A stretch of DNA of 64,000 bases from positions 64,946-128,945 of IMG/VR virus record IMGVR_UViG_3300049211_000031; one strand, 5' to 3'. Every line of letters starts with the position of its first letter. The first letter of the stretch is position 1. The position numbers and the translations under genes were made by a program. Under the pieces are notes generated by a model. That model saw nothing but the letters and a program-made list of their open reading frames with translations, ran no database searches and had not been told where the DNA came from. Below are positions 28,461 through 37,978 of the stretch, in pieces. This DNA is from a virus (Duplodnaviria > Heunggongvirae > Uroviricota > Caudoviricetes).

Positions 28461-29336
28461 TTAAACCGCAGCGTCTTCCAGAGCATTTATTTTAGCAAAA
28501 ATAATTGCAGGTATTCTTTCTAAATACCTTTGAAGTGTGATTTCACCAAAAGAAGGAGCTGAGTTGATTTCAATTACGATGAACTCAGGGTTTTCCCTCA
28601 CAATAGTCCCTTTCTTTTTGGAATCTCTGGATGCAGACTGTACTTTTACATCTACAGCACCAAAATCAAGACCTACGGCATTAAGAGCTTTTACACTCTC
28701 AGCTACTATAGCGTCCCAATTGGTAGGTCTGTCAAATGATTCGTTTTCTTCAACTATCCAATTACAATTGGAGTCATTTCTAAACCAGCGTTGATCAGCT
28801 GGAACATCAGGACGTAACAATTTACGGCATGTATAAAACACACCAGCCTGAGTTACGTGCAGGCGATATTCACGGTTGTAAGAATAATACTTCTCAAAAA
28901 TATAATTTGAGAGAGTTTTACCATTTACCCATCTAATAAAGTCATCAGGTGTCTTTAATAGATAATTACCGGTACCACGACTACCATAAATATGCTTCGC
29001 TACAAGTGGAAAAGATATTTGTGCTAGAGTTACTGATTCCTCAGTGTTTCCAACATTAAATGTATGGGTTTCAGGCATTGTTTCCACTGTACGATCATAT
29101 GTCCACCATAAAGCAGTTTTTACGTCAGCTGCCGCAAAACACTGCTTCATAAGAAGCTTATTTGCTGAATTCTGAATAGCTTGAATAGTGTTCACCTCAA
29201 TGAATTGTTTGTCAGTAGGTGTAGGAGTTGTACTTCCTAGTCGTACAATAGCCCTTTTAGGCATTCTAGGAAGCAGTTCACGTAATGGATCGTGTGTCGA
29301 ATGTCTTGAACGAACTCTTGGTCTGAATTTATTCAT
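28461..29336 (-). CDS. ATP-grasp ligase (RimK / GshB-like)
   Basis: 'VAKHIYGSRGTGNYL' (K…GS.G.G) and 'IVIEINSAPSFG' (E-x-N catalytic loop) typical of ATP-grasp enzymes. Confidence 0.65.
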   Translation of the reverse strand: MNKFRPRVRSRHSTHDPLRELLPRMPKRAIVRLGSTTPTPTDKQFIEVNTIQAIQNSANKLLMKQCFAAADVKTALWWTYDRTVETMPETHTFNVGNTEESVTLAQISFPLVAKHIYGSRGTGNYLLKTPDDFIRWVNGKTLSNYIFEKYYSYNREYRLHVTQAGVFYTCRKLLRPDVPADQRWFRNDSNCNWIVEENESFDRPTNWDAIVAESVKALNAVGLDFGAVDVKVQSASRDSKKKGTIVRENPEFIVIEINSAPSFGEITLQRYLERIPAIIFAKINALEDAAV

Positions 29337-30145
29337 TATGCTGCAAGTTTTACGCCGAAGTACTTACACATGGTTTCTGCAAGTGCTTTATCAGCTTTGT
29401 TAATAGCGAGTCTTATAGCTTGTCCTTCTTCTTCGTTAATCACACTTTCACGATTAACGAATTCAATGGCTTCCATTGTATTATCAAATACCCATTTTGT
29501 TAACTCCTTGGAGTTAATGTAGTAGTTTGATATGGTGCGGTATTCTGCTCCATAATCTTTGTTACGGAATGCTCCAGCCTTACCATATAATAATTTGCGA
29601 TCATTATCTGGTTCTTGGATAACAGAGGGCAATCCAATAAAAATGTCCATAGCCTTAATTAAAGACATGTTTATTTGTGGAGAGGAATCCTCATATCCAA
29701 TATGGATATGCCCACCACAACTGCGGAGATTTCCGTCTATAGCTTGAGGTTTATCATTTACCATTCCACTATACCATGCATTATAGTCTGGCTCACAGCC
29801 GAACATTTGTGCATTTGGTGTATCTAACCACCTTCCATCTACTTTTGCAGATGGAAAGGCAAGAATAGAAAGATTACCAGGAATGGTATTGTGAATGTAG
29901 TTTAGGGCTGTTTCGATACCAGTACGAAAATCATCACTTGTCGTAGCAGGAGGTATACAGAATTCTGCCATTACATTGTCAAGTGATGTGGCGTAGAAGT
30001 GGTTATCCTTCATGAAACGAAAAGGTTCTTCTTTAGTTCCGCGAATTATACCTTCTGCAGAAACAATTTCGTCGGAAATCTTGTCTCTTAAAAAGACCTC
30101 TATGTCCGCTCCTAGAGTTACGTTTTCAACTAATTTTTTTCTCAT
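29336..30145 (-). CDS. Glutamine-synthetase-like amidoligase (COOH-NH2 ligase), paralogue 2
   Basis: 'LGADIEVFL' and 'CGGHIHIGYED' blocks (the same G-x-[DE]-x-E and H-x-H pattern as 24361–25875). Confidence 0.55.
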   Translation of the reverse strand: MRKKLVENVTLGADIEVFLRDKISDEIVSAEGIIRGTKEEPFRFMKDNHFYATSLDNVMAEFCIPPATTSDDFRTGIETALNYIHNTIPGNLSILAFPSAKVDGRWLDTPNAQMFGCEPDYNAWYSGMVNDKPQAIDGNLRSCGGHIHIGYEDSSPQINMSLIKAMDIFIGLPSVIQEPDNDRKLLYGKAGAFRNKDYGAEYRTISNYYINSKELTKWVFDNTMEAIEFVNRESVINEEEGQAIRLAINKADKALAETMCKYFGVKLAA

Positions 30146-30704
30146 ATTTGTACTTTGTAGGAAGAAGTTCTACTTCTTTAGAATAACTCCATCTGAACTT
30201 TGAACAAGTAGCTCTTTTACCTTTACAACAAGCAATAATATGTGCTGTACTTTTTAGGTTTAACTCTCTAACTACTTGAGAAATGCTTTCCCATTCTTTT
30301 AAAAAACTTCCATCTAAACCAAATTGAAATACTCTTTTCTTTTTCTTTCTGGAAGACATAAGTTTTTTAGACTCCTCTGTATGTTTTCTATATCTTCCTC
30401 TATGAGCTGTTTGCAAAATATTATACTCAGGTTTGTTTTCCTGAATATAATAATTCTCTCTTTCAAGAATTGTAGAATAGTCACAGTACTCTAACACTTG
30501 AAATATGAAATTTCCTTTTCCATACTTATTCCAAGCATTTTGAAGATGAAGTGAGTGATGAATATTTCTATAAAGAGCAGACTTATGATTATTCCATCTT
30601 ATTCTTGAGTTTTTACAACTTCCTATGTAACAATGATTATTTAGAATGTTTACTATTCTATAAATACATGACTCCATATGTATATTTTTTTCACAAATAT
30701 ACAT
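30126..30704 (-). CDS. GIY-YIG homing endonuclease
   Basis: 'CIYRIVNILNNHCYIGSCKNSRIRWNNHKS…NAWNKYG…FQVLE…ERENYYIQE…YNI' is the GIY-YIG (I-TevI-like) catalytic domain plus a C-terminal DNA-binding region. It is inserted between cassette genes. Confidence 0.85.
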   Translation of the reverse strand: MYICEKNIHMESCIYRIVNILNNHCYIGSCKNSRIRWNNHKSALYRNIHHSLHLQNAWNKYGKGNFIFQVLEYCDYSTILERENYYIQENKPEYNILQTAHRGRYRKHTEESKKLMSSRKKKKRVFQFGLDGSFLKEWESISQVVRELNLKSTAHIIACCKGKRATCSKFRWSYSKEVELLPTKYKYEKKIS

Positions 30705-30746
30705 AAATTGGAGCAGATACTAGAATAGATAATTAAAGTTAATTAC

Positions 30747-31856
30747 TTATGCACCAATTGTAGGATTAAGCACTAACTTTTTTTCATTCTTCTTTGCTTC
30801 TTTTTTGATTTTATAAGAATCCTTGATTTCCTTGATAAATCCAGCGTAATCTCCTTTACTGAACAACTCCAGTACTTTATGTCCATCGTAGGCTTGCTTA
30901 AGACTAGTTAAACCCTTAAGATCTGCTCCTCCTAAATACTTCATTGCATTTTGGGTTAACATCTCGTTTAGTTTTACGTTATACTTTTTTCCATAAGCCT
31001 CCCATAAGGCTCGGAAACGGGCTTTAGTGATATTAAGACAAGGACCAGTTAAACCTGATGCTTTAAAATTGTAATCACCTATATCACGATTATTTCCACT
31101 AACTCCCATGTAATCACTGAAACACATAGAGTTTCCATAATTCCATGGATGTGCTGCATGAGCGTACAAGAATGCTTTCAGGAATGACATTTTATAATCC
31201 TCGTGTAGCATCATAGTGACGCGAGGGATGTTGTAATATGCCAATCTTGGCGCATTTGGTAAGACAACGGTTCTGTTAGTGCCAGAAACTAACCCATTCC
31301 ACAAGTAACGTAAAGCTACCCAATGTAAGTATGGTTTAAGGATATTTACTTGGTCAAATACTGGTACACCCACCCAATAGAATATATTATTTCTATGTGT
31401 TGAGGGATAGTTGCTAAACCATTGGTGAGGTTCACCAACATTCGTGCAGGCAGGAGCAGCCTGTTCACCAAAGTAGAGGTATTCAAACCCTACTTTTTGA
31501 TCATTAAACTTCTTAATCCATAAGAGAAGGTCGTTCTCATCTAAGCCTACTCCAGCTAATTCTTCACGGTGAATAGGAAATAAGTAGAAATAGCCTGCAT
31601 TTCTTGTAAACGCACAGCAACTGGCATTTTGGATAATCTTAAACTGACCTATAGGAAAGCGATTGTCATTGAAGACAGCATATCCATCAACATTCCAATA
31701 ATCAGGTTGACAGAAGGAAGCAATACCCACTTCTTGAATTTTCTTTATTATCTGCTCATTGGTTGTCCCTTCACTGGGCGTAAAATAAATACTGCGATGG
31801 TAAGTTGCAGCGCTTATAGCATCATTAGCAAACTTTCTTGAAAACGACATAAACAA
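30747..31856 (-). CDS. Hypothetical protein (cassette member, unknown fold)
   Basis: 369 aa, Trp/Tyr-rich; lies between the GIY-YIG gene and the GGCT gene. Confidence 0.5.
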   Translation of the reverse strand: MFMSFSRKFANDAISAATYHRSIYFTPSEGTTNEQIIKKIQEVGIASFCQPDYWNVDGYAVFNDNRFPIGQFKIIQNASCCAFTRNAGYFYLFPIHREELAGVGLDENDLLLWIKKFNDQKVGFEYLYFGEQAAPACTNVGEPHQWFSNYPSTHRNNIFYWVGVPVFDQVNILKPYLHWVALRYLWNGLVSGTNRTVVLPNAPRLAYYNIPRVTMMLHEDYKMSFLKAFLYAHAAHPWNYGNSMCFSDYMGVSGNNRDIGDYNFKASGLTGPCLNITKARFRALWEAYGKKYNVKLNEMLTQNAMKYLGGADLKGLTSLKQAYDGHKVLELFSKGDYAGFIKEIKDSYKIKKEAKKNEKKLVLNPTIGA

Positions 31857-31878
31857 ACAAAAATTTAATTAAAAAATA

Positions 31879-32313
31879 TTATCTGTAACTAGCATACTTA
31901 TTTTCTGTATACTGTTTCCAGTCACCACTTTCTACAGGAGGATTTTTACCAACTTGGTTTTCTGTTTGGGTATAGATGAATGCTTTACCCCATTCAGTGT
32001 TAATGGTTTGTTTATCATACCATCCTGGATAACCTTCCAGTCGATCTAGACGAGCCTCTACAGTAGGGTTAGTAACACGAAACACTTCAATAGTGATGGT
32101 GCTTTCTTTACCGGGAGTAGAAATCATACCGGGAAATCCACCCATTGACACCATACGGAAAGGAGCGGTTAAGGTTTGAGTACCTAAATACTCACTGTAT
32201 TCATTTTGTAACAAGCGATTGTTACCAAATCCTTGACGGAGAGTACCATACACAGCATAGAGTTTCGGTGTTGGTAATTCCTGTACTACTGGTTCTTGTT
32301 GTAATTCGTTCAT
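31879..32313 (-). CDS. Gamma-glutamyl cyclotransferase (GGCT / AIG2-like)
   Basis: 'YAVYGTLRQGFGNNRLL' is the YxxYGSL-type GGCT/AIG2 motif. Confidence 0.65.
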   Translation of the reverse strand: MNELQQEPVVQELPTPKLYAVYGTLRQGFGNNRLLQNEYSEYLGTQTLTAPFRMVSMGGFPGMISTPGKESTITIEVFRVTNPTVEARLDRLEGYPGWYDKQTINTEWGKAFIYTQTENQVGKNPPVESGDWKQYTENKYASYR

Positions 32314-32720
32314 TTTTTATTTTCGCTTAATAATTTAATAATTTTTTTAAGATAGGCTGAAGGTAATCCTGAAGGTGTAATGATATATTCTTGTATTTTC
32401 TTTAGAGCATTATAGACTTTTTCAAATCGACAGGCTTCTTTATAATCTCTATATATAGCAAGAACTTTGTAGTCTTTTGGAGGGTGTCTATTCACTAATA
32501 GAGTGCTACCGTTATCCATCAGACATACGGAATAGAATAAATCACCTTCCTTTATTTCCATACCGTATTCGTCATAAATAGGAAGAACTTCTTTCCATTC
32601 TGCTGTATCCTCAACCATCATTGGAGCTAAGGACAAAGCATTGGTTTCGTTGACATACCTACCATAACCATTGTGAGTAACAACAAAGTTTGATTTAGTA
32701 TGTCGGAATTTTCTACTCAT
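32310..32720 (-). CDS. Hypothetical protein
   Basis: 136-aa ORF. Confidence 0.5.
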   Translation of the reverse strand: MSRKFRHTKSNFVVTHNGYGRYVNETNALSLAPMMVEDTAEWKEVLPIYDEYGMEIKEGDLFYSVCLMDNGSTLLVNRHPPKDYKVLAIYRDYKEACRFEKVYNALKKIQEYIITPSGLPSAYLKKIIKLLSENKK

Positions 32721-33160
32721 GCCTTTTTGGAGAATTTGGTTCTTATTAAAGATAATGTTGTTTTTGAGATTTTCAAATCTTTAGCATACTCTTCTAACTC
32801 TGTTAGGGTGATTAGAGGGCTACTAACGAGTTTATTAGCATAAGTTCTTGCAGCAAACTCATTAGAAAACCTTTTAACGGGTTTAATATTCTCAGGCTTT
32901 CCTCCATAGTTCACCACATTAGTTCGAGCTACATGAGGATTGGAAGTGACAGTTACATACCACCAAAAATCACCGTCATAAAGCTGTACTCCGTCTTCGG
33001 TGATAAATAATGGGTTACCTAACTTTATCCATTCCTCACTAGCCTCAACCATGTTTCTTGGGATGTTTACTAAGGAATTGGTTTTCATGTTATAATATAA
33101 ATCACTTTCCTTAGCTTTGGAAACGATTGTACCAAATTTTTTGTGACGATACCGAATCAT
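32717..33160 (-). CDS. Hypothetical protein
   Basis: 147-aa ORF. Confidence 0.5.
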   Translation of the reverse strand: MIRYRHKKFGTIVSKAKESDLYYNMKTNSLVNIPRNMVEASEEWIKLGNPLFITEDGVQLYDGDFWWYVTVTSNPHVARTNVVNYGGKPENIKPVKRFSNEFAARTYANKLVSSPLITLTELEEYAKDLKISKTTLSLIRTKFSKKA

Positions 33161-33450
33161 TTTTTCTTATTATTAAGTTTTAAAATGTGTTTTCTTTGTT
33201 CTACAGTGAAATGTTTTACAAATTCAGAGCTTTCTCCGCGCTTCCACTTCTGGAATTGTTTGTTACTAAGAATCTCTTTTATTTGCTCTTCTGTAACCAT
33301 TCCTCTGTAGAAGAATTCTCCATTTCGTCCAGAGGGACGAGTTGTGTGAACTATAACATCATCTCCTAATTTACTTTTAGCTCTTAGGAATCTATGGATT
33401 ACCCATTCACTTTTTATTTTCATATTAAGAAAGTTGCCTCCATGAAACAC
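33157..33450 (-). CDS. Hypothetical protein
   Basis: 97-aa ORF. Confidence 0.45.
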   Translation of the reverse strand: MFHGGNFLNMKIKSEWVIHRFLRAKSKLGDDVIVHTTRPSGRNGEFFYRGMVTEEQIKEILSNKQFQKWKRGESSEFVKHFTVEQRKHILKLNNKKK

Positions 33451-33670
33451 TAACTAAGTAAGTGCCTACAGCAGCATAATGAAATCCTTCTTTTTTCCAT
33501 TCTTCCAAGATTAGTTCTCTTACAATAGTAGGTATACCACTCATATCTATAACTATATTAGTGTATTTGTTCTTTGCTGCTTGTGCTACTTTTGAGTTAA
33601 AATCCTGAATGAAGGATTCAGGTATTTTAGGTATTAGGTTTCTAGCCTCTTCTGCACTTATAAATTTCAT
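33425..33670 (-). CDS. Hypothetical protein
   Basis: 81-aa ORF. Confidence 0.4.
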   Translation of the reverse strand: MKFISAEEARNLIPKIPESFIQDFNSKVAQAAKNKYTNIVIDMSGIPTIVRELILEEWKKEGFHYAAVGTYLVSVSWRQLS

Positions 33671-33903
33671 TATTTCCTCCTTTTCTTTTCAGGTTCTTCG
33701 ATGAACTTTTTCATATCATCAAATGTATCAAACTCGCCCGGATCATTACCCATTTCTGGTGGCATCTTAGTCGTAAAGACATCCTTGCTACCATTAGTGT
33801 AATAGATTTCTATGGCGTACTGACCCATATGTTTTGTAAAATCGTATGGAACGATTCTTTCAATGAACATAGGATCTTGCTCAAGTTGTGGATGATTTCT
33901 CAT
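33670..33903 (-). CDS. Hypothetical protein
   Basis: 77-aa ORF. Confidence 0.4.
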   Translation of the reverse strand: MRNHPQLEQDPMFIERIVPYDFTKHMGQYAIEIYYTNGSKDVFTTKMPPEMGNDPGEFDTFDDMKKFIEEPEKKRRK

Positions 33904-33904
33904 T

Positions 33905-34108
33905 TTAGTTATTTAATAGGTAGATAAAGCAATACGCGCTTGCATATACATATAGAAACCTTTCTGTAATTTCAGATATCCACTGAATAGTACTAAGATT
34001 TTTGGGTTTCCCCATCTTAATTGTAAGACAGATGGCACCAATGAGTCTTATACTCATATTAATGAATAGAAGACATAAAGCGACATAGCATATAAGTTTC
34101 ATCACCAA
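33905..34108 (-). CDS. Small membrane protein
   Basis: 67 aa, two hydrophobic helices. Confidence 0.4.
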   Translation of the reverse strand: MVMKLICYVALCLLFINMSIRLIGAICLTIKMGKPKNLSTIQWISEITERFLYVYASAYCFIYLLNN

Positions 34109-34806
34109 AGAATTTTAGCTTCTGGACCATTCATTTGCTCCAAAAGTTCGTTTGTTTTTAAAAAAACTCCTTCACTATCCCATACATTCTGTCCCTTGTA
34201 AGTGACAGATGCTGGGTGAGAAGCAGTTAGGATGTGATTGCTCTTAGTGTTAACAAAATGTTTCCATTTCTTAGCCTCACTTCCTAAGAAGATATAGATT
34301 AGTCCTTGATTGTTATCTCTTAGTACTTGAAGAAGATAGGCTATAAATGGAGTCCATAAGTTGGCGTGTTCGTTTGTTTTACCAACTATTGTCGATAAGG
34401 CAACATTTATAAGAAGAACACCTTGTTTTGCCCAACGAGTTAAGTCTGGGTAGGCGTATTCTTCATTGTATCCAATAGCAAAGCCTCCATAAACCTCTCT
34501 TTCTATAGCGTTAACCATTAACTTGAAGGATGCTGGTGGATCAAATAGGTGGTTTCTAGCACTGAAAGCTAACCCATCAGCTACTCCTTTCTGTGGATAA
34601 GGGTCTTGTCCAATTATAACAACTTTTAGCTTATTATAGGGGCATTCTTTAAATGCTCGGAACATGTCGTCAAAGGATGGAGTAATTGTATACCCTCTGT
34701 TATGCTGGTCTTTGAGAAACTTTCCGATCATCTTAAACTCATTCGACATTAAAAAAGGGCGTAGTTTTTTGTACCATCCCTCTTCAAAGTGTTTTTCAAT
34801 TGCCAT
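34102..34806 (-). CDS. ung: Uracil-DNA glycosylase, family 1
   Basis: 'VVIIGQDPYPQKGVADGLAFS' (GQDPY water-activating loop) and C-terminal 'ASHPASV' (HPSPLS-like) motifs. Confidence 0.85.
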   Translation of the reverse strand: MAIEKHFEEGWYKKLRPFLMSNEFKMIGKFLKDQHNRGYTITPSFDDMFRAFKECPYNKLKVVIIGQDPYPQKGVADGLAFSARNHLFDPPASFKLMVNAIEREVYGGFAIGYNEEYAYPDLTRWAKQGVLLINVALSTIVGKTNEHANLWTPFIAYLLQVLRDNNQGLIYIFLGSEAKKWKHFVNTKSNHILTASHPASVTYKGQNVWDSEGVFLKTNELLEQMNGPEAKILW

Positions 34807-34994
34807 TAAACCTCCGTATTTGGTTCAGTAGGCACTTCTTTAGTGTTAGGAGTGATCTCGAAGTTACCGTTGAAGCGATTGTGCCATAAATCAAGCTCTA
34901 AATCAGCTTTTAACTCATTATAGCTGCGTTTGTCACCTTTTTCTATTAACGCTTCAATGTACAATTTTTTTAACTTACCTTTTTCTGATGTCAT
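34806..34994 (-). CDS. Hypothetical protein
   Basis: 62-aa ORF. Confidence 0.4.
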   Translation of the reverse strand: MTSEKGKLKKLYIEALIEKGDKRSYNELKADLELDLWHNRFNGNFEITPNTKEVPTEPNTEV

Positions 34995-35359
34995 TATTTT
35001 AAGTGTTTGTAATCATTTGTATTTCCATAATCTTCCATTTCACGACCGGATAGGGCAAAGCAAACACGCTTTCCTTTTTCTTCTGAGTAGAAACATCCAG
35101 GAGTTACGTGTATACGAATAGCCTGATGAATATCCTCGTCTATTATTACTACCCAATACTGAGCATCTCTACTAGATTTATATCCAGATGAGGGAGGATC
35201 ATACCCCTTATCAATAATTATGCCGCAATAATCTTTTGTTTCTTTTGCTCTAATATTGTCTTGTTGTATACTACGGAGAACAAAAGTAACAAAGATTAGA
35301 AAGGCTAGAATGATAGCGATGAACCACCAATATTCTTTAAAAAATTGTTTCACAATCAT
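34994..35359 (-). CDS. Membrane-anchored hypothetical protein
   Basis: N-terminal transmembrane helix (WWFIAIILAFLIFVTFVL). Confidence 0.45.
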   Translation of the reverse strand: MIVKQFFKEYWWFIAIILAFLIFVTFVLRSIQQDNIRAKETKDYCGIIIDKGYDPPSSGYKSSRDAQYWVVIIDEDIHQAIRIHVTPGCFYSEEKGKRVCFALSGREMEDYGNTNDYKHLK

Positions 35360-35550
35360 TTAGTTTTTATAGGACACCATGTAGGAATTGGTACTTTGTC
35401 ATACCAATCTACGTATCCTGAAATTACTTGATTTTGTTTAGTACAAGTCCATTTTTCAGGTCTGTCGAAACTATCTCTTGTGGGAACATTCTCAGACTTG
35501 AAATGAGGGCACTGTTGACAACTTTTAACTTCGATTGTGATCTTTGTCAT
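35356..35550 (-). CDS. Hypothetical Cys-containing small protein
   Basis: 64-aa ORF. Confidence 0.4.
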   Translation of the reverse strand: MTKITIEVKSCQQCPHFKSENVPTRDSFDRPEKWTCTKQNQVISGYVDWYDKVPIPTWCPIKTK

Positions 35551-35783
35551 TACCAGCTTATTTGATAGGTGAAGTAACTTGATAGTGAAATTGTCAGTTT
35601 TAAACCCTCTCTCTTTTCGAGAGCCTCTTTAGTAGCTTTACTTAATTTAAGATCAATATAAATATAGAATTTACCTTCTCTTGCAGCTTCTTCACATCTC
35701 TTTTTAATGATAAAGATGACATCTTCATCCACAGAGTCGTTGTATTCCTTTACTTTTTGTCTCAATTCGTCTGCAAAGTTCAT
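35550..35783 (-). CDS. Hypothetical protein
   Basis: 77-aa ORF. Confidence 0.4.
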   Translation of the reverse strand: MNFADELRQKVKEYNDSVDEDVIFIIKKRCEEAAREGKFYIYIDLKLSKATKEALEKREGLKLTISLSSYFTYQISW

Positions 35784-35789
35784 AATTAA

Positions 35790-36284
35790 TTATTTAAAAT
35801 CTCCACAACAAGGACATTTTACTTTTATACGAAATCCTTTCTCTTTGGAGCAGAACTCTAGTGCTGACCATAGGTAGAATTGGTCGTCACGAGCTAGGTT
35901 GCATGTAGGAGCCACTTGATCTTCATCAAACTCATCTCCTTCTTTCACCCATTCAGCATTAGGAGATATTTCTCCTACCTTTTTAAAACTCTTTCTTTTT
36001 AAAAAGTCAAGAGACTTCTCAGTAGCTTGTACTTCTGCTGCTAATGGATCATCATTGAAATAACAAATATCTCCTACTTGTATGTCTTTACTACAGAGGA
36101 AGAGTTTAGCTTTCTGTCTTCCATGATAGTGATATTTAGGCTGACCAAACGCATTTGTATTTGCTCTACCTACTGAATTAATGGACACATTAAGTCTCTT
36201 ACACTCATCTTCGTTAAAAAAATATAAATCTCCATGTTCTACTGATCCTTCTACAGGAAGATATTTAGCGAAATATTGCTTCAT
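35790..36284 (-). CDS. Hypothetical protein
   Basis: 164-aa ORF; C-terminal CPCCG. Confidence 0.5.
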   Translation of the reverse strand: MKQYFAKYLPVEGSVEHGDLYFFNEDECKRLNVSINSVGRANTNAFGQPKYHYHGRQKAKLFLCSKDIQVGDICYFNDDPLAAEVQATEKSLDFLKRKSFKKVGEISPNAEWVKEGDEFDEDQVAPTCNLARDDQFYLWSALEFCSKEKGFRIKVKCPCCGDFK

Positions 36285-36291
36285 AAAATTA

Positions 36292-36483
36292 CTATTTTAA
36301 TGGTTTTCTCCAACCTCGTTTTAACTCATTAGCTTTTATTTCCATAATAAATTTCTCTGAGAAACGACAATTACCAAGACAAGTTTTAGCACTATTACAT
36401 TCACTAATTAAATCGTGATTGTTAGTTGATCCATAAGGAGTATGATAGGTTGTTGAAATCATTTTGCATTTAAACTCATCCAT
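36292..36483 (-). CDS. Hypothetical protein
   Basis: 63-aa ORF. Confidence 0.4.
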   Translation of the reverse strand: MDEFKCKMISTTYHTPYGSTNNHDLISECNSAKTCLGNCRFSEKFIMEIKANELKRGWRKPLK

Positions 36484-36492
36484 AACTATTTT

Positions 36493-36711
36493 TTATCCTA
36501 TAGAAAATGATACTTCCTTCATAATCTTGCCGTTTTCATCAACTTCTATTTCCACTTCTTCAACAGCACCATCGTCATAGAAGTTTCCTTCATCTAACTT
36601 TTCTTCTGTTGTTTGTAAACAATCAAGTGCTCTTTGTCTTGTACTATGAAATTTTATGGTAAAAGACCCATCACATCCGTCACGATAGGAACAATACAAT
36701 TTTACTTTCAT
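36493..36711 (-). CDS. Hypothetical protein
   Basis: 72-aa ORF. Confidence 0.4.
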   Translation of the reverse strand: MKVKLYCSYRDGCDGSFTIKFHSTRQRALDCLQTTEEKLDEGNFYDDGAVEEVEIEVDENGKIMKEVSFSIG

Positions 36712-37742
36712 ATTAATTTTTTAGATTTTAGCAAACGTTCAAGAGCTTTCATTCCAAAAGCCTTAACGTAATCCGATACATCTTTTACTCCTCTATCTAC
36801 CAGATAAGCCGGAGTATTGAAGTAGCCAAAGCCCTTATCATTAAATTTTTTACAACTTTCCACACCCGCTCTATCGGAGTCCCAGATGATGGTTCTTTTT
36901 GGAAAGTGCTCATGTAAATACGAAACCAGCGATGGCGAAATTGCTGACTCACTTTCATTTTGAGTTCCGATTGTGTAGTTAAAAAATGATTGTAACACCA
37001 TTTCGTCTTTCTTAGCTTTACCAATCACGATATGATCACCCGGAAGCTTTCTACTGGTTTTAAGCTCATAAAGACCAAATGGTACGGAAATAGGGATGTT
37101 GTTTATCCATTTTCCAGTCTCATTAGTACGGAGAGGTTGATATATTTTGAGATATTCGTGGAACTTACCTTCATCGTCTATATTTTTGACGAGATAGGCG
37201 AAACATAGTTTGTCTGTCTTAAACTCAGCTTTATTAACAAAGAGTCTTTTGACAGGATAGACATTGTTGTTTTTAAGTCTCTGAATATCAATGTGATAAT
37301 GTTTCCAATAGGAAATATGCTCAGATTCCCAAGAGCTAGGGATTATTTGAATGATAGTTTGAGCCTTAATTTGTTTGTCGAAACTGACATTTTGGAGAAT
37401 GTTCCTAGCCTCTACTGTAATTGTACTTTCTTTAGAAAGTCCAAAATCTCTTGCTATAATAGCTAACGCGTCATTAAAAGACACATTAAACAGACGAGCT
37501 ACGAATGTGAAGCAGTTAAACACTTCATTTGTTGCAAAGTCCTTGTATAATATTTTACCAGACTTATTACTAACAAAAAAGGATGTTGAAGGATGTCTGT
37601 CCCTTCTAAGTTTGGATGGATAGAGGTGTTTTAATTCAAAATATCCAAAATAATATGAAAAAATTTGACTATCGTCTATCTTTGAAAGGATAGCTGAGGC
37701 AGTTAAATCATTAGGGACATTTATGGAATTAAAGTCTATCAA
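36708..37742 (-). CDS. Toprim-domain protein, putative DNA primase
   Basis: 'TIIWDSDRAGVESC' is the Toprim DxD acidic motif; lies in the replication gene neighbourhood. Confidence 0.45.
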   Translation of the reverse strand: MIDFNSINVPNDLTASAILSKIDDSQIFSYYFGYFELKHLYPSKLRRDRHPSTSFFVSNKSGKILYKDFATNEVFNCFTFVARLFNVSFNDALAIIARDFGLSKESTITVEARNILQNVSFDKQIKAQTIIQIIPSSWESEHISYWKHYHIDIQRLKNNNVYPVKRLFVNKAEFKTDKLCFAYLVKNIDDEGKFHEYLKIYQPLRTNETGKWINNIPISVPFGLYELKTSRKLPGDHIVIGKAKKDEMVLQSFFNYTIGTQNESESAISPSLVSYLHEHFPKRTIIWDSDRAGVESCKKFNDKGFGYFNTPAYLVDRGVKDVSDYVKAFGMKALERLLKSKKLI

Positions 37743-37978
37743 TCTTCTAGTTTACTTTCAATTATTTCTAATTCTTGACCTAATTTTGCAACTCTATAAC
37801 CCATTTGGATATAGGCTATAATATCTCGTCCATCAATAAGGTCTCTTCCAATATGGGCATCTTCAGGACACTCTGAAAGATCATGTATTCGTACGCTCTC
37901 TTTCACATTTTCATTGATTATGACTTCGTGTATTTCAGAGCCATTATAATCTTTACCTACTTTTAATTCTATTTTCAT
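37739..37978 (-). CDS. Hypothetical protein
   Basis: 79-aa ORF. Confidence 0.4.
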   Translation of the reverse strand: MKIELKVGKDYNGSEIHEVIINENVKESVRIHDLSECPEDAHIGRDLIDGRDIIAYIQMGYRVAKLGQELEIIESKLED

